A stretch of 31,537 nucleotides of DNA. It comes from a virus (lineage: Duplodnaviria; Caudoviricetes). The stretch covers positions 1 through 31,537 of the IMG/VR virus record IMGVR_UViG_3300020432_000027; one strand, 5' to 3'. A program made the position numbers and the translations under genes. Positions 18,075-24,132 of the stretch are shown one piece after another. Positions within the stretch are counted from its first letter, which is position 1, and the number at the start of each line of letters is the position of its first letter. The notes beneath the pieces are model-generated. The model saw nothing but the letters and a program-made list of their open reading frames with translations, did no database searches and was not told the DNA's origin.

Positions 18075-18768
18075 CTTTTACAATCTTTAATCCTACAACA
18101 TCTGCCAGACGTTCTATGTCTTTGTCAGTATCGTTCGTTAATAATTCCGATGTTGTAATATTTTGTTCAATTTTAGAAACATCGACAAACATACCCAAAT
18201 GTTTCCCAATATTTTCTAATGATCGGTTAGCATTTGTGTGATCACCTTCGGCTATGGAGTTTTGATACACTTCATGCATCTTTTCCAGGACTTTTTCTTT
18301 TGTCCAACTAATACGTTTCAAAGCTTGTTCTTGATATTCCTCAATACGAGCTTGTACTTTTTTATTATTAAGTAGCTGGCGGGCACGTCGGCGGGTTAGT
18401 CCGTTGGTGTCGTCTTCTTTATACCCAGCAACCTTGTAGGCATTGAGTTCATCACCGGTAGCTGCGTATTCCATACAAAATTTTTCCTGCATTGGAGTCA
18501 TGCCTCTGGGCAATGTGGATTTTGCAAACATTTTATGCTTGGCTGGTCGTTCTAACATCTCTTCTTTTCTCCTTTCGTACTCTTCAGGGTTTTTTCTTTT
18601 TAGGGTAAGCATACGACGTCGTTCAAGTTCCTGTTTCATCTCGTAGATTCGTCCCCCTTGTCTTGTTTTGTATGTCGCAGCTGTTTCTTTAATTAAATTT
18701 ATCAGCTCTTGTTCTTTCATACGACCATACAAGACATGCGGTCGTGGATTCTTTCCCTTTTTTGTCAT
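18046..18768 (-). CDS. terS: Terminase small subunit with N-terminal extension
   Basis: TPMQEKFCMEY...AYKVAGY...ARQLL...VQARI helix-turn-helix, ENIGKHLGMF; overlaps the terL start; AGGAG RBS. Confidence 0.85.
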   Translation of the reverse strand: MTKKGKNPRPHVLYGRMKEQELINLIKETAATYKTRQGGRIYEMKQELERRRMLTLKRKNPEEYERRKEEMLERPAKHKMFAKSTLPRGMTPMQEKFCMEYAATGDELNAYKVAGYKEDDTNGLTRRRARQLLNNKKVQARIEEYQEQALKRISWTKEKVLEKMHEVYQNSIAEGDHTNANRSLENIGKHLGMFVDVSKIEQNITTSELLTNDTDKDIERLADVVGLKIVKGGKSKDTDK

Positions 18769-18808
18769 AGTGTTTTACTCCTATCACTATTATTAGTATA
18801 CCTGTAGT

Positions 18809-18856
18809 AGTTTAGGTAGCCAATGTATCACTGGAAAGGGGGCGACTACCTAAACT
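18809..18856 (-). promoter_or_regulatory. Structured 5' leader hairpin of the late transcript
   Basis: Perfect 11-bp inverted repeat AGTTTAGGTAG (18809-18819) / CTACCTAAACT (18846-18856). Confidence 0.65.
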
Positions 18857-18862
18857 TTATAG

Positions 18863-18891
18863 ACTATAAGTTATTTGTTGACGAATAACAA
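18863..18891 (-). promoter_or_regulatory. Sigma70-type promoter toward terS
   Basis: TTGTTA-N17-TATAGT on the minus strand; predicted +1 at 18856. Confidence 0.55.
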
Positions 18892-18906
18892 GTTTTAAAT
18901 TAGAAT
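18878..18906 (+). promoter_or_regulatory. Sigma70-type promoter for the methyltransferase operon
   Basis: TTGACG-N17-TAGAAT, ending 12 nt before ATG 18919. Confidence 0.7.
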
Positions 18907-18918
18907 GACGGCATATTT

Positions 18919-19518
18919 ATGAGGCCTGAAGATTTTTTATATACACCCATGGTTTTATTAGACCATCGATTAATGGAATATCAATTTTGTATGCAAAATA
19001 TTGTCAATCCTAAAGGACATTACGTAGAATTTGGAGTATACCAAGGAAAATCTATAAATTATTTGGCTAATTTAAATAAAAAAATTACATTTCATGGTTT
19101 TGATAGCTTTGAAGGGCTGCCAGAGCAGTGGTTCATGGGCCATAAAGTTATAGAAAAGGGACATTTTGCTGTATCAGAGCTACCAAAAGTAGTACCAAAC
19201 GTGGTTTTACACGAAGGTTGGTTTGAAGACACCATTCCTGTGTGGAAAAAAGACCACAAACGACATGTGTCGTTTATAAATATTGATTGTGATCTCTATA
19301 AATCTACAAAAACTGTACTTGAATTGCTTAATGATCAGATAGTAGCTGGTACGTTGATACGATTTGATGATTTATTACCATCACCTATATCACCTTATCC
19401 TAAATGGGAGGAAGGGGAATGGAAAGCTTTGGTTGAATGGTGTGTAAATTTTAAGAGAGAAGTTGTCCCGTTAGCTCGTTCATGGAAACAAGGGTGTATT
19501 ATGAAAGTTACGTTGTGA
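18919..19518 (+). CDS. Class I SAM methyltransferase, TylF/MycF-like
   Basis: VEFGVYQGKS, GFDSFEGLPE, GWFEDT, INIDCDLY-x-ST, FDD. Confidence 0.85.
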   Translation: MRPEDFLYTPMVLLDHRLMEYQFCMQNIVNPKGHYVEFGVYQGKSINYLANLNKKITFHGFDSFEGLPEQWFMGHKVIEKGHFAVSELPKVVPNVVLHEGWFEDTIPVWKKDHKRHVSFINIDCDLYKSTKTVLELLNDQIVAGTLIRFDDLLPSPISPYPKWEEGEWKALVEWCVNFKREVVPLARSWKQGCIMKVTL

Positions 19519-19715
19519 TTACAACAAGTATTGGACGAACATTTATCTATACTTGTGGTCATATCGTTATAGCCATTAATGTTGTCTATTGGCTAACGGG
19601 GGCTTCATTGCTTGAGTCTGGTATTGTAGCTTTAGTAGAACCATGTATTAATGGATGTTGGTATTATATACTTGATAGATATTGGACAACACGGATGAAA
19701 GCACTAGATGGCTGA
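19515..19715 (+). CDS. DUF2061-like small membrane protein
   Basis: RTFIYT-x-GH...LTG...ALVEP...YYILDRYW; GTG 19515 overlaps the upstream TGA (the ORF track starts at 19482). Confidence 0.7.
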   Translation: MITTSIGRTFIYTCGHIVIAINVVYWLTGASLLESGIVALVEPCINGCWYYILDRYWTTRMKALDG

Positions 19716-20379
19716 AAGAATTATGGATCCAAACAACATTCGGCCAGATCATTTAGAACGATATAACTTTGCCTGTAAGAAACTTGAAGAACTGACCGAA
19801 CCAGACCACGTTCTTGATATTGGTTGCGGTATTGGCTATGGCTCTGTGATTATGCAAAACATAATGTCAAGCTGGGTAGACTGTATTGATAAATCTAAAG
19901 AGGCACACGAAGTATTTTTAAAGTCGTATGATAACAAAGCTCCTAGAGTTAATTATATTCTACAAGATTTTACAAAGTTGAAGAAAGGGTTATTACGAGA
20001 TAACTATGATGCTGTTGTGTCGTTTGAATTTATTGAACACATACCACCTAATTTAGCTCAAAGTGTATTTGATTTAGCCGGAGAGAAAACAAATTTATTT
20101 ATCTGCTCATCACCGAACGAACGAGTAAGACCACACCAGCTCCCTCCGGTCAATGAGTTTCACTACAAACACTACACCCCAGAAGAGTTTGAGGCTATGG
20201 GTAAACAAGCTGGGTTTACCGATGTTGATTTCTTTTGTCAGACTAGTGGGAAACACTACGACGTACGGCCGGGCCTCGAAGGAGGCAAATTTATGATAGC
20301 TGTATTTTCTAAGGGGGCGATGGGTACCCTAGATTTTAAAACAAGGGGGCCTATTCTACACAAAGAAAATGTAGTATAA
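19708..20379 (+). CDS. Class I SAM methyltransferase
   Basis: HLERYNFA, VLDIGCGIGYGS, YDAVVSFEFIEHI, SSPN, FH-x-KHY. Confidence 0.88.
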   Translation: MAERIMDPNNIRPDHLERYNFACKKLEELTEPDHVLDIGCGIGYGSVIMQNIMSSWVDCIDKSKEAHEVFLKSYDNKAPRVNYILQDFTKLKKGLLRDNYDAVVSFEFIEHIPPNLAQSVFDLAGEKTNLFICSSPNERVRPHQLPPVNEFHYKHYTPEEFEAMGKQAGFTDVDFFCQTSGKHYDVRPGLEGGKFMIAVFSKGAMGTLDFKTRGPILHKENVV

Positions 20380-20503
20380 GTCTGATTTTTGCTGAATTTT
20401 TAAGAGTTTCATATGACATATACATACACACTGTAGTGTTTTTCTGTGCCCCCTCAGTCGTATTGTGGTAGAAGTGCAGTCGTAAAAAAAAATAAAAAAA
20501 GTG

Positions 20504-20536
20504 TTGACAAATATTATGGATAGGGTACACTATAAT
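20504..20536 (+). promoter_or_regulatory. Early sigma70-type promoter
   Basis: TTGACA-N16-TACACT(ATAAT), preceded by A-tracts (UP-like). Confidence 0.65.
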
Positions 20537-20574
20537 AGTAATTTTAATATTAACTTTTATATGGAGAAATGATA

Positions 20575-20823
20575 ATGAAACAATTAGAATTACCACTCAA
20601 ATTTAAACCTAATACTTACGAGAGTTATACGGATATTCAGAAGAAAGAATATTGGTATGCTAATTACTGCATTCAATTACAGAAGATAGATACGGCAGTA
20701 AGAATGCTAAAAGGTCTTATAGACCAAATAGACTACGGCATTGAAGTGCCTGAAAGTGCTTGGTCTAATACAGCCGTTAAAGGTCGTATCAGAAAGATTT
20801 GCAACGATTTAAAAGATAAGTAA
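20575..20823 (+). CDS. Early hypothetical protein
   Basis: Own promoter, GGAGAAATGATA RBS and own terminator; ATG 20575 is better spaced than 20569. Confidence 0.7.
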   Translation: MKQLELPLKFKPNTYESYTDIQKKEYWYANYCIQLQKIDTAVRMLKGLIDQIDYGIEVPESAWSNTAVKGRIRKICNDLKDK

Positions 20824-20843
20824 ATCTATTTCCTTCCTAAATG

Positions 20844-20874
20844 AAAACCCCAGAGTAATCTCTGGGGTTTTTTT
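20844..20874. terminator. Bidirectional intrinsic terminator
   Basis: AAAACCCCAGAG-TAAT-CTCTGGGGTTTT-TTT between convergent genes. Confidence 0.9.
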
Positions 20875-20888
20875 ATGGAGAAGTTTTT

Positions 20889-21116
20889 TTATTTGTAGAT
20901 GTTCTCGGGATCTCGAATCCAATAGTAGGACATAATTATCGAGCATACTAGATATAGGATCAGGCATCCGATGAAGATCATACTATCGACCGGTAGGATC
21001 TCAAGTTGGATCGGATAGATCGTCCCGAGTAGAAAAGAGATCGCCACGACATTCGCCATGGCAATCCAAAAGAATATAGTGTTTAATTTAATCATCATAA
21101 AATTCTTCCGGTTCAT
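20889..21116 (-). CDS. Small two-transmembrane membrane protein
   Basis: Two hydrophobic segments; overlaps the end of the upstream gene; true start may be ATG 21098 or 21095. Confidence 0.55.
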   Translation of the reverse strand: MNRKNFMMIKLNTIFFWIAMANVVAISFLLGTIYPIQLEILPVDSMIFIGCLILYLVCSIIMSYYWIRDPENIYK

Positions 21117-21300
21117 TAATGTATCGCATAAACCCGTCTACTAACATATCAAAGTATCCGGCTTCGCAAACAAAACTTTTGCCCCACCATTGTAGGTCGT
21201 CAGCCACATAGTTATCTACGAAATGTTTAGATTGTTCGGTTAATGGTTCAAGTAGAATAACTGAACCATGATTCTGTATTGTAAAATGTTCTGTAATCAT
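21088..21300 (-). CDS. Early acidic hypothetical protein (70 aa)
   Basis: Start reassigned to MITEHF after AGGAGAAATGAT; NHGSVILL-x-P...WWG motif. Confidence 0.7.
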   Translation of the reverse strand: MITEHFTIQNHGSVILLEPLTEQSKHFVDNYVADDLQWWGKSFVCEAGYFDMLVDGFMRYINEPEEFYDD

Positions 21301-21330
21301 ATCATTTCTCCTATTCTGATTATTATTACA

Positions 21331-21363
21331 ATTATAGAGTAGCACATTAAAAAGCTATGTCAA
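21331..21363 (-). promoter_or_regulatory. Early sigma70-type promoter
   Basis: TTGACA-N16-TACTCT(ATAAT) with a TG extended -10. Confidence 0.65.
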
Positions 21364-21439
21364 CCCCTTATTTATTTTTTTTGTCTTGATATAAAGCCCG
21401 TGAGTGAGTAAATAGACTAGCCGGAATAGTAAAGTACAA

Positions 21440-21479
21440 AGAAAAAAACGGGGTTCACATCACTACCCAAGAAAAAAAC
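21440..21479 (+). repeat. 40-bp bipartite repeat, copy 1
   Basis: AGAAAAAAACGGGGT-N13-CAAGAAAAAAAC. Confidence 0.75.
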
Positions 21480-21486
21480 AAGGCAC

Positions 21487-21521
21487 AAAAAAAAGCCCGT
21501 AGAAATTAATCTACGGACTTT
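21487..21521 (-). terminator. Intrinsic terminator
   Basis: Minus strand AAAGUCCGUAGA-UUAAUU-UCUACGGGCUUU plus a U-tract. Confidence 0.85.
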
Positions 21522-21540
21522 CGTTGGAAGGAACTTTAGA

Positions 21541-21747
21541 TTACTCGTCCATATACATCAGGTCTTCATCTGTGATGCCCTTCTTGGCACACCACTCATC
21601 AAACTTCTTCTGCGAAGACCAAAAGCCGAACTGATTATAAAAACCTTGAGGGTTGCCACCTCTTGTGGTAATCGCCTCGTCAACATTACCAGCTTCTAAC
21701 TCTGCTAATGCTTGTTCATCTAATTGTTCTTGTGTTAGTTTTGGCAT
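21541..21747 (-). CDS. Early acidic hypothetical protein (68 aa)
   Basis: Own promoter, AAGGAGAAATGAT RBS and terminator. Confidence 0.75.
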   Translation of the reverse strand: MPKLTQEQLDEQALAELEAGNVDEAITTRGGNPQGFYNQFGFWSSQKKFDEWCAKKGITDEDLMYMDE

Positions 21748-21768
21748 ATCATTTCTCCTTTCAATTTT

Positions 21769-21797
21769 ATACTACCAAAAAAGAAACCCCGTGTCAA
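21769..21797 (-). promoter_or_regulatory. Early sigma70-type promoter
   Basis: TTGACA-N17-TAGTAT with a TG extension; embedded in the upstream terminator hairpin. Confidence 0.75.
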
Positions 21798-21840
21798 CAT
21801 AGGAAAGACGACGGGGCTTCTACCATTTTGGAGAAATGAT
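21777..21840 (-). ncRNA. Predicted ~64-nt antisense small RNA
   Basis: Promoter at 21847-21875, +1 at 21840, 5' AUCAUUUCUCC, then stem AGAAGCCCCGU/ACGGGGUUUCU and a U-tract. Confidence 0.6.
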
Positions 21841-21846
21841 TTTGTA

Positions 21847-21875
21847 TCACTACCACAATAGCACACATATGTCAA
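21847..21875 (-). promoter_or_regulatory. Promoter for the predicted sRNA
   Basis: TTGACA-N17-TAGTGA(T) with a TG extension; same -10 as the promoter at 28738. Confidence 0.6.
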
Positions 21876-21876
21876 G

Positions 21877-21916
21877 AGAAAAAAACGGGGTGAATACAGC
21901 TAGGCAAGAAAAAAAC
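21877..21916 (+). repeat. 40-bp bipartite repeat, copy 2
   Basis: AGAAAAAAACGGGGT-N13-CAAGAAAAAAAC; a further AAGAAAAAAACG lies at 21949-21960. Confidence 0.75.
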
Positions 21917-22018
21917 CCTATTTAGAACCATTCTAAAGTAAATAATATAAGAAAAAAACGTGGATTGTCCAGCAAAATCAATGGTTTATAGGTGTTCCAT
22001 ATAATTTTATATTTTTTG

Positions 22019-22047
22019 TTGACATTGGGTTCATATAGGGGTATGGT
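22019..22047 (+). promoter_or_regulatory. Main rightward early promoter
   Basis: TTGACA-N17-TATGGT with an AT-rich upstream region. Confidence 0.8.
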
Positions 22048-22103
22048 AGTAGTCATAATATGTATTAATTAATAATATCAACCATTTATAGGAGATTTGT
22101 AAA

Positions 22104-22415
22104 ATGAAACAATTAGTATACGAACACGAGTTTATTAACGATTTAATATCTGATGATTATGCGAGTTTTACTCGTGAGGGTGCAAAGGAATTATATGAGC
22201 ATTTGATAGATTGGGAAGAGGACACGGGCGAAGTCTACGACTTTGACAGAGTGGCAATCCGTTGCGAGTGGTCAGAATATGACAGTTTGGAAAAGTGTTT
22301 GGAGAATTACGACAATATCAAAACATTTGATGAACTTTGTGACCATACAACAGTTTTAAAAATTCACGACTACACGGGCAAGGATACGGGTAGAATAATG
22401 ATAGCAGATTTTTAA
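22104..22415 (+). CDS. Acidic early protein
   Basis: AGGAG RBS; F-x2-EGA-x2-LYE-x-L...D-x-VAIRCEWSEY; very D/E-rich. Confidence 0.8.
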   Translation: MKQLVYEHEFINDLISDDYASFTREGAKELYEHLIDWEEDTGEVYDFDRVAIRCEWSEYDSLEKCLENYDNIKTFDELCDHTTVLKIHDYTGKDTGRIMIADF

Positions 22416-22425
22416 GGGGGAAATC

Positions 22426-22638
22426 ATGGGTAAAGTTAAAGAATATTATTTTGAAAAAGAATCTAAAGACATAGAAGAAGCTATAAGAAATTATGACTAT
22501 CCGGACGGGCAACCCGTTCCAGATGCTCGTTTGGTGGCTTTGGATATATTTGAGGACTTAAAACCACAATTTCACGACATAGAAGAAATACAAGACGGTG
22601 TACAATTCTACTATGACGAGAAATTATGTAATCCATAA
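22426..22638 (+). CDS. Acidic early hypothetical protein
   Basis: AAGGGGG RBS; MGKVKEY start typical of phage early genes. Confidence 0.75.
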   Translation: MGKVKEYYFEKESKDIEEAIRNYDYPDGQPVPDARLVALDIFEDLKPQFHDIEEIQDGVQFYYDEKLCNP

Positions 22639-22660
22639 ACAAATAGGAAAGGGGTAAATT

Positions 22661-22849
22661 ATGGAAAATTTTGTTGATGATATAAAGAAGTTGGAGGATA
22701 TACGACACTTCTTAATTAAAGCAAGTACGAGCAACAATGCTGATACAATCAATGCTTGTAATGGTCTTGCTCTTGAAAAATTAAATAAACATATTGAAAC
22801 TAAAGTTAGAGTTATGAGCCAATTTGAAGAAAGTGAGGCAGAAAAATGA
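22661..22849 (+). CDS. Early hypothetical protein
   Basis: GGAAAGGGG RBS; ATGA coupling downstream. Confidence 0.7.
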   Translation: MENFVDDIKKLEDIRHFLIKASTSNNADTINACNGLALEKLNKHIETKVRVMSQFEESEAEK

Positions 22850-23061
22850 GTTTAAATGTAAAAAATGTAAGATACTTTAGAACTAGACGAGGTCTAGGAT
22901 ATGAGGTCAAAACTGATAAGGGCACTATATGGAATGACGGAAATGGTGGTGCTACTTATTTTGAAGCTGACTATCCTAAATACCACGATAAAGATTTTTC
23001 ACATCTAACGGAATTGGATTTAGAAGCTATCATTGATAAATACGAGGGGGTAGAAAAATGA
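22846..23061 (+). CDS. Early hypothetical protein
   Basis: GAGG RBS; NDGNGG motif; ATGA coupling. Confidence 0.75.
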   Translation: MSLNVKNVRYFRTRRGLGYEVKTDKGTIWNDGNGGATYFEADYPKYHDKDFSHLTELDLEAIIDKYEGVEK

Positions 23062-23237
23062 AATGCTACACAGTAGAATATAAAACCACTAATAAAATAA
23101 AAGAAAGAGAGTTTAACGATTTGTCTAAAGCCCACGAGTTTGCAGAGGTGCAAGGCATGGAGGGACATGACGTTAGAATTTATGACAACACACGAGAAAG
23201 CAGAAAAATAATTGCTGAAGATTGGGGGGTAAGATGA
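23058..23237 (+). CDS. Early hypothetical protein (59 aa)
   Basis: Below the cutoff: MKCYTVEYKTTNKIKEREFNDLSKAHEFAEV...; GAGGGGG RBS, ATGA overlaps at both ends. Confidence 0.65.
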   Translation: MKCYTVEYKTTNKIKEREFNDLSKAHEFAEVQGMEGHDVRIYDNTRESRKIIAEDWGVR

Positions 23238-23413
23238 ATAAAAAATATCTTGTAACAACTTATGCTACTGCCGAATGGGAGTGCATTGTAGAAGCTGACT
23301 CTGTAGAGGAAGCTGAAGAAAAAGTTTGGGAGGGGGATTATGATGAGTTAAACAATGGTGACCCTATCAAAATTGAAGATGAACAAATAAAATCTATAGT
23401 GGAGCAAGAGTAA
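23234..23413 (+). CDS. Acidic early protein with VEA-x-S-x-EEA motif (DpnD/PcfM-like)
   Basis: Start at MNKKY; IVEADSVEEAEEKV. Confidence 0.7.
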   Translation: MNKKYLVTTYATAEWECIVEADSVEEAEEKVWEGDYDELNNGDPIKIEDEQIKSIVEQE

Positions 23414-23673
23414 TGACTAAATTTTCATTAATAACATTTCAGATAACTAACGGAGATTGTCAACATTATGAATACTCGTTCTATGAACGTAAAAATAGAG
23501 CCGGAGTTAGTGATAAAGAAATCATTCAAGATTTTATAGGTAGTGAAGTAGAAGTAGACAAAAATGATGAACATTTGTTTTGGTTTAACGATTGCAGAAC
23601 TATTGAAATCTATGGAATTGACCCTATAACCTATGTGGAAATAGGAGTCTTTAAGAAATTTGGAGTATTGTGA
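23413..23673 (+). CDS. Early hypothetical protein
   Basis: GGAG RBS, TAATG coupling. Confidence 0.7.
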   Translation: MTKFSLITFQITNGDCQHYEYSFYERKNRAGVSDKEIIQDFIGSEVEVDKNDEHLFWFNDCRTIEIYGIDPITYVEIGVFKKFGVL

Positions 23674-23963
23674 TGCCTAAAATAATAGACATAAAATCAA
23701 AAAAACCATTTAAACAAACTAAACTTTGTGATGACCACCAAATTGAGTGGGTGGTTAAAGAGGTGGTAAAGGTGATAAAGAAAGCTGATGCTAAAGGGTT
23801 TGATGCTTTCAATACGAGCAGAGGACTAGCACAACTATGTGTAAGTTATATACACGACTCTGCACCTGATACACTATCAGCTCAACATTTATTATTAACA
23901 ACAATAGGCATAGAACTATCCCAAAAAGTAGAAGAAAGATTGGAGGATAGAGATGACCATTAA
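23670..23963 (+). CDS. Early hypothetical protein
   Basis: GGAG RBS, coupled start. Confidence 0.7.
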   Translation: MMPKIIDIKSKKPFKQTKLCDDHQIEWVVKEVVKVIKKADAKGFDAFNTSRGLAQLCVSYIHDSAPDTLSAQHLLLTTIGIELSQKVEERLEDRDDH

Positions 23964-24132
23964 AGATGAATTAAATAGAACAATGGCTGAACCTAAAACA
24001 TTTAAAGAGTTTATTAGATGGTTGGAGGTATGGTCGCCCGTTGATTGGGAAGAAATGCAACGATTTGAAGATGAAGCAGGTGCATCAGTATGGATTAGAT
24101 TTGATTTAGACAAGGAGGAAGATGATGAGTAA
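23953..24132 (+). CDS. Acidic early hypothetical protein (59 aa)
   Basis: Below the cutoff: MTIKDELNRTMAEPKTFKEFIRWLEVWSP...KEEDDE; GGAGG RBS. Confidence 0.65.
   Translation: MTIKDELNRTMAEPKTFKEFIRWLEVWSPVDWEEMQRFEDEAGASVWIRFDLDKEEDDE

Noticed and set aside
18919-20379. Methyltransferases as DNA modification (restriction-modification protection) enzymes
   Set aside because: No DPPY/NPPY or PCQ catalytic motifs seen; the motifs match small-molecule or glycan O-methyltransferase families.
20351-20596. 81-aa minus-strand ORF
   Set aside because: Spans a promoter and A-tract region, is low in complexity and has no RBS.
21836-21925. Plus-strand 29-codon ORF after GGAGAAATG
   Set aside because: The SD abuts the ATG (2-3 nt), the ORF runs through A-tract repeats and no upstream plus-strand promoter was seen. 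The minus-strand sRNA reading fits better, but this remains its main alternative.
21440-21960. Possible CRISPR mini-array, given the Cas4-like gene
   Set aside because: Only two full repeat units 437 bp apart, with 13-nt internal spacers. The Cas4-like nuclease is a common phage replication exonuclease 7 kb away.
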